The notes under the pieces: model-generated | What the model was told of the DNA's origin: nothing | Databases searched by the model: none | What the model saw: only the letters and a program-made list of their open reading frames with translations | In this document: positions 40,130 to 50,101 of the stretch, one piece after another | How positions within the stretch are numbered: the stretch's first letter is position 1 | How the letters are laid out: each line of letters begins with the position of its first letter | Source of the DNA: Planctomycetota bacterium | Lineage (GTDB): Bacteria; Planctomycetota; UBA8108; SXIK01 | Length of the DNA: 64,000 nt | Reading direction: 5' to 3' | Assembly (NCBI GenBank): GCA_965223265.1 | Contig: OZ244999.1 | Span: forward strand, 4,096,001-4,160,000 | Made by a program: the position numbers and the translations under genes

Positions 40130-41263
40130 CTAGCCTTTCCTGCCAAGCACCTTGTTCAGGCGTTTGGTGAGCTCCGCGAAACGCCCTTCCAGCGTCGAGC
40201 AGTGCACCGCTGCTTCCTCGGCAACCATGGCGCTGTCCTCGGCGCGGCGGGAGATGGCGTCGAAAGCCTGAGCGCGCTTTCTCGACAGACGTCGTTCCTC
40301 ATGTGGGTCGATGACGCTCTCGCCGTCTGCAGTGACGGCCTGTTTCGCCATGACGACGTCGGCTGACGATCTGCACGTCTCGAGCTGACCTTCGGCACCA
40401 CTGAGGAGCTTACGACTACAACCGACCACTTCGTCGATCGTCTCTGAGAAAGCGGTGATCTCTTCGGCTGACTTCTGAACCGGGTTGATGACCGATCTAC
40501 CCAAGATGAAGAAGAGCAACGTGAAACCGATCACAAACGTGGCTGCAAGGCCGAGGAGGAGATTGGTCTTGCCGGACGCGGCGAGAGCCTGAACCTTCTT
40601 CAGAGGCACGTTGACTTCGATCGCTCCCATGAGCTGATGAAGCTCCCACTGCTTCCCCGGCGTGACTCCAGCTTTGGACCGCATCGCCATGATCTCAGGC
40701 TTCTTCTCCCAATCGTTGTGGCAACTTACACACGCTGCCGCAGACGCTGGGTCGGCTCTCATGTAGCGCAGAACGTCTTGTCCGTTCACGCTCTCGACTC
40801 GATAGGCAGGAAGCCACTCGTGACCTTTCGCTCCAGGGTTGCCTGTATGGCTCTCGTCCTGCTTGACCAACTCTTCCCACGCCCACTGCTGGAAGTCGTC
40901 TTTCAGGCCTTGATCTTGGTTAAGATTCCATTGACTCACCAGACCATATGAATAGAGCCCTTTTGCCTGCTCCGCGACGCGCATCGAGACGAATCTCACG
41001 AACTGAGCAGGAAGCTCCACGAAGCCCTTCTTCCCAAAGTCGTTGCGTGCTGCCCCGAAACCATCGCGCTTGAGTTTGCCAACGACGTTTTCGGTGTACT
41101 CGGCGCGGTCCGCTACAACCTGATTGGAGACGACTTCTGCGACTCGGAGAGCCTCCTCCTGGATGAGCTGATTGTTAGACCGCTCGACGATCAGATTGGT
41201 CGCTATCATCACGGCGGCCGCGATGCCTACGATCGATAGCACGAATTTTGCTCGAATACCCAT
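40130..41263 (-). CDS. Membrane sensor with DUF3365/Tll0287-like heme-c domain and truncated MCP-like tail
   Basis: TM1, LPAQF, LRYMRAD..CVSCH, LMGAIEVNVP, TM2, then about 115 aa of coiled coil. Confidence 0.82.
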   Translation of the reverse strand: MGIRAKFVLSIVGIAAAVMIATNLIVERSNNQLIQEEALRVAEVVSNQVVADRAEYTENVVGKLKRDGFGAARNDFGKKGFVELPAQFVRFVSMRVAEQAKGLYSYGLVSQWNLNQDQGLKDDFQQWAWEELVKQDESHTGNPGAKGHEWLPAYRVESVNGQDVLRYMRADPASAAACVSCHNDWEKKPEIMAMRSKAGVTPGKQWELHQLMGAIEVNVPLKKVQALAASGKTNLLLGLAATFVIGFTLLFFILGRSVINPVQKSAEEITAFSETIDEVVGCSRKLLSGAEGQLETCRSSADVVMAKQAVTADGESVIDPHEERRLSRKRAQAFDAISRRAEDSAMVAEEAAVHCSTLEGRFAELTKRLNKVLGRKG

Positions 41264-41283
41264 GGTCTACGTTCTCCTAGGAT

Positions 41284-41517
41284 TCACAGAATCTTGTCGA
41301 TCTCCGAGTTCAACCGTTCTTGATCAGGCTTTCTCGGGACATTGAGAGTGATCGATCCAGCAAGGAAGGGCCGGATCGTTCGAAAATCGTCTGCCGTAAC
41401 GTTACTTGGGGTCTTGCCGCAGCGCTTAAGCTGCCGTTCGAGCGCAAGACTCGCCTTGTCCCGGTCCATGTACTGCGTCATGGCCTCAAAGACAGCGGTG
41501 TAAACGGTGCTTTCCAT
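41284..41517 (-). CDS. Small hypothetical helical protein (77 aa)
   Basis: GGAGG RBS; first gene of a compact three-gene operon. Confidence 0.75.
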   Translation of the reverse strand: MESTVYTAVFEAMTQYMDRDKASLALERQLKRCGKTPSNVTADDFRTIRPFLAGSITLNVPRKPDQERLNSEIDKIL

Positions 41518-41785
41518 GTTCCTCCACCTGATGCTTCTCGTGGAAAGGGTTTGAGTTCGAAGGATCGTCGAGGTGCTCCAGCTATCGGTGGGAAACTCAC
41601 AAAAGTTCGCAACTAGATGCCTCTACGCCTGTTTTTTTCCTTTTCGGAACGTCTGTGAGCCGAGCGGTAGGTGCCCAAGGCGCTTTTTTCGTCAACCCTC
41701 TTCCACGCTTTCGGGTAGACCTATCGTGTGGGCTACGAAGCCCACCCTCAGCACGCGCACGGCGCATGCAAGCATCTGGGGAGTC

Positions 41786-42852
41786 ATGTCAAAGAACCGC
41801 TCGAACCGCCCTGAACTCCGTGCCAGCCACAATCTGGCGGTCGCGTCGCTCTGCCTACTGGCATGCGTTCACGCTAAACCAGAGACGCGCGTCGTCATCG
41901 CTGCACCACCTGCCGTCCCCGCCGCATTGACACGGTGGATGGAACCGCAGCGATGGGTGCGAGACCGAAGCGCACCGGTTCTTGCTCTGGGCGCCAGCGG
42001 GTCGTTCGACGACATGCACATCTTCGCCCCTTGCGTCAATTTCGAGCAGGGTCGCTATCAGATGTACTACTGCGGATCGCGACACGAGGTCGCCAAGCGT
42101 CTGTTTCGCCTTGGGCGTGCAGAGAGTCATGATGGACGCTACTTCGTCAGGACCGGCGACAGTTCGGTCTTTGAGTTCGGAGATGGCGAACATTCCGTGC
42201 TAACCCCGGCACTTCTTCGTCGCCCGGATGGTTCAGTCTTGCGCGAAGACGGCAAACTGCGTCTTTGGTTTAGCGCCACCCGCTTTGCGGCTGCGAGCAA
42301 CCTTCACACACTCCATGAAACGTCGAGCGAGGACGGTATTCATTGGCGAGAGCCGTCACCACCGTTGGCTGAGAACGTCTACGCCCCATCCGTTCTGAAA
42401 GATGGCGGTGCGTATAAGATGTGGTATGTCGACGTTGCCGCCGAACCGTGGATCCTGCGCTACGCGGAAAGCCGCGACGGACGACGCTGGGACGTCGAAT
42501 CGAAACCAGTCCTCACGCTGTCGCAGAGTTGGGAGAAAAACCGGCTCTTTTACCCGACCGTTCGACGTGTCGACGGCGCCTACTTGATGTGGTACGGCAG
42601 CTACAACCCGCCAAGACGGCTCTTGGCTTTGCCGCCAGCTCGGACGGGAAGACGTGGTACAAGAACCCTCACAATCCAGTGCTTCGTCCCGATCCGATGC
42701 GAGCTTGGGAGTCGCACTACACAACCAGTCAGTCACTGATACGCTTCAGCGACGGAACCTGGCGCGCCTGGTTCGCGACGCGAAAAGCGCCGCCGTTCAA
42801 GAACAAGTACTTCGCCATTTCGACAGCCTGCTGGTCAGGACCGAAAAGGTAG
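41786..42852 (+). pseudogene. Five-bladed beta-propeller glycosidase-like (GH32/43/130-type fold) lipoprotein, frameshifted near 42604-42613
   Basis: Repeats Y.MYY.G, YKMWY, YLMWYGS and A.S.DG..W; the continuation KTALGFAASSDGKTWYKNPHNPVL is in another frame; lipobox LLAC. Confidence 0.7.
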
Positions 42853-42939
42853 CACGGGCGGACGATGGAACCCCAGGAGACGCTCTGAGAGGCGTCGACC
42901 TTTGCACGCCCGAGACGACACAGATGAGAGGAGCTTCGC

Positions 42940-43509
42940 ATGAAGTTCGACGACGCGCGCCGACTGATGGAGGAATGGACGGAGAGCCCCGCTCTGCGAG
43001 TTCATATGGAGTGTGTCGCGCTCTGCATGCGAGCCTACGCCAAGCACTTCGCTCCTGACGAAGAGGAGCGCTGGTCGGTCACCGGCATTCTCCACGACTT
43101 CGACTACGAAAAGCACCCATCCGTGGAGGAGCACCCTCTCGTCGGAGTAACACACCTGCGCGGGCTCGGCGTCGACGAAGGCATCTGCACGGCGATTCTC
43201 GGCCACGCCGAGTACACCGGGACGCCGCGGGAAACGCCAATGGCTAAGACGCTCTTCGCTGTGGATGAACTCGCCGGATTCATCGTTGCGTGCGCGAAGG
43301 TGCGACCGCAAGGTATCGCAGACCTTCAGAGCAAGTCCGTCAAGAAGAAGCTCAAGGACAAATCCTTCGCTGCCGCAGTCAATCGCAACGATATTCGCGT
43401 CGGCACTGAAGAGCTTGGAGTCGACCCAGCGGCTCACATCCAAACGTGTATCGACGCGATACGCGTCGATGGAGAAAAGCTTGGGCTGCTGCCACCCACC
43501 TCAGCGTGA
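42940..43509 (+). CDS. HD-domain metal-dependent phosphohydrolase
   Basis: L..H, GILHDFDYE, HP..G, AILGH, LFAVDELAG, SVKKKLKDKSFAA; RBS gaggag. Confidence 0.9.
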   Translation: MKFDDARRLMEEWTESPALRVHMECVALCMRAYAKHFAPDEEERWSVTGILHDFDYEKHPSVEEHPLVGVTHLRGLGVDEGICTAILGHAEYTGTPRETPMAKTLFAVDELAGFIVACAKVRPQGIADLQSKSVKKKLKDKSFAAAVNRNDIRVGTEELGVDPAAHIQTCIDAIRVDGEKLGLLPPTSA

Positions 43510-43560
43510 GTCGCAGACCGCCGAGGCGCTCACACACTGGCAACGAGTACGCCACAGTCC

Positions 43561-46500
43561 TCAATCGCACGGCGCGTATGACGCGCAATCGAGCGCATCC
43601 GCGGTGAGATCGCGACCGCAAAACGGAAACGGGGGCGCGATTCCAGCTTCGCCGCCGAAGAGATGCAGCAGGACCCTGATCGGATCGGAGACGGTCAAAC
43701 GCCCGTCATCGTCAACGTCTGTGGACTTGAGACAACTCGGGATGAGGCCATCGCGAAAAAGGAACTCGAGCGCGTAAATCGCATCGGCGAGTTGTATGTC
43801 GCCATCAGCGTTGGCGTCGCTGCGGCGAAATCGGACATCTATCGCAGTGTCCGTGAGCCGCTGAAACGCGTTCACTTCAACCGCCGCGATGACCTGAAAG
43901 TCGCTGTCGAGATAGGCCGCGGCCGGGTTCGGCATGATCGGCGGCTCGGGTGCGGCGAGTTCAATTGCCCGCACCGGTCGTTCAACGAGCGCCAAATCGA
44001 TCGGCGGATCAAAGACGATGAGATACTTCACGAAAGTATTGTGACGAAATGACGCATAGACGAGATTCCAGTAGTCCGCCACACGCAGATACGCTGATTC
44101 CGCAGCGACTTCGGCGGCGACCAAGCTTGCCGGTCCGGTGCGACTTGGGTCTGGGCTAGGGATCGAGCGCTCTCGCAACCTCAGGCTCGTGCCATCCGCG
44201 AGTTCGGCCTCGATCGCCCAGAGGTCGAGAAGTTCGTAGGTGCACGACGAATACGCCACGCGCAGTGCGGCATCGCCGTCCGAGAATCCGGTCATGAAAA
44301 GCTCGTCGGTGATGAACTCTTCGTCAAGGATGACCTCACCGCGCTGCGGAACGCCGCCGGCAGCGCTAAACTCGACGTCGTCCAGGGTCACGACGAATGT
44401 TTCCCCGGCCGTACCTGGCAAGCTGAAGCGCTGCTCGTAGGTAAAACGATAAAGTGTCTCGCCGCCCGCACCGGGCCGTTTCGTCGCGCGCATTCGCCCG
44501 CGGCCGAGCGGCGTCGCTGTCACCTGCGCAGGCCCAATCAGCACTTCGTCGATCAGGTCTAAACTGATCGATCCGGTCCGCCCGGCAAGCTCGAAGGTAC
44601 CTGCACGCAGTCGTACGCGGCTCTTCGACGCCAGTCCGACCAAAGGGTCTTCTTCCGGAGCATTGACGTCGAGGACACCGCAGACGCTCGTCTCAGCGGG
44701 AATCTCCAGGACAAACATCGGCGTCGGTTGCCGCTCGGAGGTCAAGAGGAATGGCCGCACCTGCTTGACCGCCAGATCGCCGCTTGCTTCGATCTTGAAC
44801 TCAAGGTCGAGCAAGACGTCGTCACGATCATGTTCGCCAAGAACGACGGGGAAATTCTGGTCCATGTGCCACATGACGGCGCCGAGCTCGCGGAGCGCCG
44901 CGTCGGTCATGACCAACGCATCGCTCTCCACGAGCGTCGAACGCGTGGCGCGGATGATCTCCACGACCTCGCCGTCGACCACGTCGAGGAGCGTTTTCTC
45001 CGGCAACACGCCGGGTTCGGGACTGACGACACTCTCCTCGCCAACTTGTGCTGTGACGACAAAGCGCCGGTCGTCAGGGTTCGCCGGGTCGCCAGTGAAC
45101 GCGACGCCGTTGACCCGCTCGTCGAGGAAGGCGCGATTGACCAGAATGCCCATCGCGGCACTCGCCTGGGGAATCTGAAAAAAGGCGCGCTCTTCGTGGG
45201 CACGAAAAGTCCACAGGCTTGTCCACACCTTCTTGAGCGCACGCTCAAGCGTACGCTCGTTCGATTTGCTCGCGTCACAAAGCGATGGTCCCTCGTCATC
45301 ACCGTCGAGCTGATCGGCTAGGCACGCTCCCGTGGACTCGTAGAGGCCAGCGCCGTTGAACTCGAGTAGGTCCTCGACGTTCGACGACGAGCGAAAACGG
45401 ATCGATGTAGTCGCAGAAAAAACTTCTTCGATACGGCTCCGCAGCAAAGCCAGAAGCTCGGGTGAAACCACGCCGGTGTCGCGCGCGACGTCGCGAAACG
45501 CCTGCAGCGCTTCAAAGCGCCGTCGTGAATCCGTTTGAAAATCCTCGAGCGTTGCGAGCTCGGTAAGAAACTCCTCGTACGAGACCTGACGGCCCGGATC
45601 GACCGGCGATGCCGTCCGGTTCCCCCGCATGAACTCCGTGTAGTAGCGTACGGGGATCGCGAAGCCTTTCTCGCGGTAGTCGGCAAACACTCCATCGAGA
45701 ATCGTCTGCAGACGCGCGAGATTGCTCGCCTTGCCGCCAAAGCGGGACTCCGGCAAGCCGCCCAGATCGAAGTCGGTGAGACGGTCCAGCGCTGCGTAGT
45801 TCGCGTCGAACGGCGGCAGGGCTGGCAACTGCGGTCGGTTCTCCTGCCAAAACGCCTCGGCGTCGGACAAATCCGCCGGGCTGACCTCGAACGAACTCTC
45901 GGTCACCTCGAGGCGGATCAACTGATCGTCGAAAGGCGAGAAGCGTGCGCGCGCGTCCGCGACGAACGCGTTTGGCGTTCGTCGGCGCGCGGTGCGTACG
46001 GCAACGTGGCTCAAGGTTCCTTGTCGAGAACCGGTGATGACGCCGCCGACCACTCCCTCGATGTCACGAGGTGCTTCGTCGATGACGAGGACATCCTGAA
46101 ACGTGAAAGCACCCGCTGCGTTCGCCGCCTCGAACTCCTCGAGCGTCAGCACCCTCACGCGCCCGAAACCGACTCCCGTCGTGTAAGCCTCAAAGTCGAC
46201 AGCAGGGCCGGTATCGATGTCCAGAAGCACCTCAAATCCTGGATTCAACCAGCTTTCGGCGGTCTCTCGCGCAATCGGCGTATCCGGTAGATACGCAAGC
46301 GGCTGCAAGCTGATCGACTCGCGCAGGCGGTCGTACACATCCTTGACCTCAGCGACACCCAGCGCTTCGGACGCGCCGCTCCCGGTGTCAGCAACGACAG
46401 TAAAGGCATACACAAATGCGCCATCCGAGCGCAGTCGCTTGAGCGAACCGACATAGTAGTCGCGCGTCGCTCGGAGGCCAACCAATCGGTTGTACTCGGC

Positions 46501-48981
46501 TGGCCCCAGCGCCGGGAAGCGTTCAGGAAACACGCTAGCGAGGAAATCCTGATGCAGCTGGAAACGATGCGTGTTTTGGAAGGCCGTCGTCAGCAGCGCA
46601 GCATCGTCTCGCGCCGGAAGCACGAACTTCGTTTCGCGCTCGCCCACAGCGCGTCGACGAGACGGGACGGCGACGCTGCGAAAATCGTTTTGCGTGCAGA
46701 GGCGAGGCAGGAAGTCGACAGTCGCAGGAAACTCCGTCGCGTTGTGCGACACGATGAGTTGGTTGTCCTGTCGATTCATGACGAGAAGATCGATCTTGCC
46801 GTCCTGATCGATGTCTTCGGAGACAGCGTACCGCGGCCCACTGCTGACCGCGCTGATCTGAACGGCTTCGACGAACGCATGAAGCGGTTCGGCAAACGTG
46901 CCATCGCCCCGGTTGACGAAAAGCGCCAGGCCGAGCGAGATTTCGTTCGACGTGACGAGGTCAAGGTGCCCATCTCCGTTGTAGTCTCCGGAGGTCATGG
47001 AGTACGGCAACTGCCGCACCGGATAGGTCCGCACAGTCTCGAATCGCAGCCCGCCGCGATTCTCCACCACCGCCATTTCTTGTTCGTTTTGGTTCGATGC
47101 CGCCAGGTCGTCGTCACCGTCGCCGTCCCAATCGCCCGCGACGACGAAGCTCGTACGCCCGAACGTCTCAATCGAACCAACGTGCTCGAAGGACGCGGAA
47201 CCGTCGTTCGCCAGGATCTCCAGTTTGCCGGCTCCATTCGCGGCGACGAGGTCAAGGTCATGGTCGGCATCAAAGTCGCGTGCAACGACGCCCAGGAAGC
47301 GCCCCGGGATTCTGATGATGTCGACGCGCGGAAACGTGCCATCGCCGGCGTTGTGCAAAATCGTCACCGACGCGCCGCTGTCGGCGGTGATCACTTCGGG
47401 CCGTTCGTCACCGTTTAAATCGGCAGCGATGGCGTAAAACGGATCCACCCCACCAATGTAGTAGGCGCTCGATTCAAAGGTGCCGTCCGCATAGTTCAGC
47501 ATGATCTCGGTGCGCCTGTCGTTCAAAAACGGCGACGCCACGTCGATGCTCCCGTTGCCGTCGAAATCGGCGGTCACGATAGAATTCGGATAGCCGTCGG
47601 CCGGTCGCGTCGCAGCCACCGAAAAAGCGCCTCTCCCGTCGTTGAGCAAGTAACAGGTAATGAACGCCCCGCCATGCCCGAACACGACGTCGAGGTCGCC
47701 GTCCTGATCGAGGTCGGCCAGCGATGGCGGCGAGTGCGGACGACTACCGCCTTCGTAAATGCGACTCACAAAACTTAACGCGCGGCCGTTCATCAGCATG
47801 CCGATCGAATCCGGGACTCGCTTCGCGACGCCAACGTCGATCGCCCCGTCGCCGTTCAGGTCGCCCGTTGCCACCCAGACCGCTTCTCCCTCCACGGCCA
47901 CGTCGCGGCGCGCTTGAAAGCTGCCGTCGCCGCGGTTGACGAGCACGGCGACGGAGCGCGGTTCAGTTCCCACGATGACGTCCGTCGAACGATCGGAGTT
48001 GATATCGCCGACGCCGATGCAGCGGCCTTGAATCGCGAACGTTGCGTGCTCCTCCAAACGCCGTTCGGAACGGCTCGCGGTGAGCACGACCACGCCTTCC
48101 GCTGCCATCAAGGCGATGTCGTCGACCGAGTCGCCCGACACGTCCGCAACGGCAAACGTACGTGGATTCCCAACCGCCACAGACGCCGCGGTCTCTTCAA
48201 ACCCGGCGTCTTCGCTTCCCCAAAGGACCGTGACGCCTGACGGCAGCAGGGCGGCGACGTCCTGCAGGCCATCCGCATCAAAGTCGCCACACGCGAGCGC
48301 CGCGATGTCCCCCACCATGTCGCGGGCCGCTAGCGGCGGTTCGAAAGTGCGTCCTTCGACGCCGCGAGCGACAAACAGCGCCTCGGATCCAAACCGCGCC
48401 AAGAGAAGGTCCTTGATGCCGTCGCGATCAACATCCGTGACCGCCACGGTCCGGGCGCCCTCAAAAGCGAACGAATCTGGCGTCCGTGGAAAGCTGCGTT
48501 CGCCGTCGTTCCACAAAATGAACACCGCGTTCGGTTCCACATTGACGACGTCGAGAAACCCGTTGCCGTCGAGGTCGGCGACAACGAGGTCGATCGTGTC
48601 GGCACCGAGGCGACGGTAGGTCGGAGTTCCGACCACACCGTCCTCGTCTTGAAAAAAAATCCCGATCGTCGAACCCGCAGGACCGAGCGCGGCACTCATG
48701 AGATCGCTACGGCCGTCGCCGTCGAAGTCATGAACTGCGACGCGACGCGGGATGCCGCGCTGCTTCAGTCCGGGCACCGTCAAACCGAGCTCGAGCATGC
48801 CGAGCTCGCACTCGTCGGGTACGCCGTCACCGTTACAGTCCTCGCTCGCGCTCGTGGCAAGGTCCATAGCGTCGTCGACACGGTTGCCGTTACAGTCAAC
48901 GGCAGTCACAAACTCGACAGAGGCGAAAACGAACGTCGCCACAAGGACGTGGAGCGCCGCACAACGCGCTGATTCTTGCAT
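43561..48981 (-). CDS. Second secreted FG-GAP / phosphohistidine / ATP-grasp / dockerin protein (paralog of 12177-17618)
   Basis: Signal peptide; DCNGN..D / DCNGDGVPDECE; LSHVAVRTARRRTPNA; FGGKASN, IRFRSSSNVED..FNGAGLYES, ALKKVWTSLW, DLEFKI, KQVRP; FRRSDANADG. Confidence 0.9.
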   Translation of the reverse strand: MQESARCAALHVLVATFVFASVEFVTAVDCNGNRVDDAMDLATSASEDCNGDGVPDECELGMLELGLTVPGLKQRGIPRRVAVHDFDGDGRSDLMSAALGPAGSTIGIFFQDEDGVVGTPTYRRLGADTIDLVVADLDGNGFLDVVNVEPNAVFILWNDGERSFPRTPDSFAFEGARTVAVTDVDRDGIKDLLLARFGSEALFVARGVEGRTFEPPLAARDMVGDIAALACGDFDADGLQDVAALLPSGVTVLWGSEDAGFEETAASVAVGNPRTFAVADVSGDSVDDIALMAAEGVVVLTASRSERRLEEHATFAIQGRCIGVGDINSDRSTDVIVGTEPRSVAVLVNRGDGSFQARRDVAVEGEAVWVATGDLNGDGAIDVGVAKRVPDSIGMLMNGRALSFVSRIYEGGSRPHSPPSLADLDQDGDLDVVFGHGGAFITCYLLNDGRGAFSVAATRPADGYPNSIVTADFDGNGSIDVASPFLNDRRTEIMLNYADGTFESSAYYIGGVDPFYAIAADLNGDERPEVITADSGASVTILHNAGDGTFPRVDIIRIPGRFLGVVARDFDADHDLDLVAANGAGKLEILANDGSASFEHVGSIETFGRTSFVVAGDWDGDGDDDLAASNQNEQEMAVVENRGGLRFETVRTYPVRQLPYSMTSGDYNGDGHLDLVTSNEISLGLALFVNRGDGTFAEPLHAFVEAVQISAVSSGPRYAVSEDIDQDGKIDLLVMNRQDNQLIVSHNATEFPATVDFLPRLCTQNDFRSVAVPSRRRAVGERETKFVLPARDDAALLTTAFQNTHRFQLHQDFLASVFPERFPALGPAEYNRLVGLRATRDYYVGSLKRLRSDGAFVYAFTVVADTGSGASEALGVAEVKDVYDRLRESISLQPLAYLPDTPIARETAESWLNPGFEVLLDIDTGPAVDFEAYTTGVGFGRVRVLTLEEFEAANAAGAFTFQDVLVIDEAPRDIEGVVGGVITGSRQGTLSHVAVRTARRRTPNAFVADARARFSPFDDQLIRLEVTESSFEVSPADLSDAEAFWQENRPQLPALPPFDANYAALDRLTDFDLGGLPESRFGGKASNLARLQTILDGVFADYREKGFAIPVRYYTEFMRGNRTASPVDPGRQVSYEEFLTELATLEDFQTDSRRRFEALQAFRDVARDTGVVSPELLALLRSRIEEVFSATTSIRFRSSSNVEDLLEFNGAGLYESTGACLADQLDGDDEGPSLCDASKSNERTLERALKKVWTSLWTFRAHEERAFFQIPQASAAMGILVNRAFLDERVNGVAFTGDPANPDDRRFVVTAQVGEESVVSPEPGVLPEKTLLDVVDGEVVEIIRATRSTLVESDALVMTDAALRELGAVMWHMDQNFPVVLGEHDRDDVLLDLEFKIEASGDLAVKQVRPFLLTSERQPTPMFVLEIPAETSVCGVLDVNAPEEDPLVGLASKSRVRLRAGTFELAGRTGSISLDLIDEVLIGPAQVTATPLGRGRMRATKRPGAGGETLYRFTYEQRFSLPGTAGETFVVTLDDVEFSAAGGVPQRGEVILDEEFITDELFMTGFSDGDAALRVAYSSCTYELLDLWAIEAELADGTSLRLRERSIPSPDPSRTGPASLVAAEVAAESAYLRVADYWNLVYASFRHNTFVKYLIVFDPPIDLALVERPVRAIELAAPEPPIMPNPAAAYLDSDFQVIAAVEVNAFQRLTDTAIDVRFRRSDANADGDIQLADAIYALEFLFRDGLIPSCLKSTDVDDDGRLTVSDPIRVLLHLFGGEAGIAPPFPFCGRDLTADALDCASYAPCD

Positions 48982-49245
48982 ACTCACTCCGCGAACAACC
49001 TCGGCTAGTCTCACCGCACACAATTGTAACGGACGCCTCGGCGATTCAGCTCACTGTTCGTCGAGAAACATCGACGTACGCAGCCGAACGTTCCGTCTCC
49101 ACCTGAAGGAGACTGGGAGACACCGTACACCTCAGTCGCGATCAAAGATTATTCGATCGTCCGAAGTCCTCGCTTCCCGTAGCATGAAGGCGAAGCGCTC
49201 GCGAGCCATCAGCGCTCGGAACACTCGAGTCTATCAGGTAGCTCC

Positions 49246-50007
49246 ATGACATTTAGCAAACGCCTCGCGCAGGAGTACGCCGAGGACGGCTTCGTCACAG
49301 CCGTCGAGGTCTTCCCTGAGGATGAGATTCGCGAGTATCGCCGCGCCTTCGACGCGCTCGAGGCGCGGGAAGGCAAGGAGCGCTGCCAAATTGGCATCAT
49401 GGGACGCCACTTTGAGGAGGAGTTTATTTGGCGCATGGCCACGCAGCGGCGGCTCCTCGACCTCATGGAGGCGCTTGTCGGCGAGGATCTGGTCCTGCTG
49501 TCGACCCACTTCTTCTGTAAGTACCCTGACAAGGAGGCGACGAAGTTCGTCGCTTGGCACCAAGACGTCACCTACTGGGGCCTCGAACCGCCGACGGCGC
49601 ACACCGCGTGGATCGCCATCGACGACGCTGACGAGGAAAACGGCTGCATGTTGGTTCTCCCGGGTTCGCACAAGCGAGGAATCGTCCAGCATGGCACGTC
49701 GGCGCGCAGTGGCAACCTCCTCAGCATCAACCAGGAAATTCCGGCCGCTGAGATCGACGAGCGGCAAGCGGTCTGCCTCCCACTCAAGGCCGGGCAAGCG
49801 TCGGTCCACGACGGGCAGCTCTTTCACGCCAGTCGACCGAACCGCTCCACACGCCGGCGCTGCGGCATGACGGTTCGATTCATTCCACCGAACGCGCGCC
49901 AAGTGAGCCCTAACTCCGTTGGTGAGCCGTGGCGTCCGATTCTCGTTCGCGGCAGGGACCGTTACGGCTATCACGGCACGGTGGAGCCTCCGTTCCTACT
50001 GTCATAG
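49246..50007 (+). CDS. Phytanoyl-CoA dioxygenase (PhyH) family Fe(II)/2OG oxygenase
   Basis: Y.EDGFV, WHQD..YW, AWIAIDD...ENGCM.V.PGSH, H....FHAS.PN.S...R. Confidence 0.92.
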   Translation: MTFSKRLAQEYAEDGFVTAVEVFPEDEIREYRRAFDALEAREGKERCQIGIMGRHFEEEFIWRMATQRRLLDLMEALVGEDLVLLSTHFFCKYPDKEATKFVAWHQDVTYWGLEPPTAHTAWIAIDDADEENGCMLVLPGSHKRGIVQHGTSARSGNLLSINQEIPAAEIDERQAVCLPLKAGQASVHDGQLFHASRPNRSTRRRCGMTVRFIPPNARQVSPNSVGEPWRPILVRGRDRYGYHGTVEPPFLLS

Positions 50008-50035
50008 CACGGTCACTGCGCCACGTCCCAGCCCC

Positions 50036-50071
50036 AAAAAAACGCAGGGTGTACCGTCAAGCACACCCTGC
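50036..50071 (-). terminator. Probable intrinsic terminator
   Basis: gcagggtgt / acaccctgc stem followed by a T7 run on the minus strand, between convergent genes. Confidence 0.6.
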
Positions 50072-50101
50072 TGCCTCACGTCAAACCTCGTTCATTTAGC
50101 G

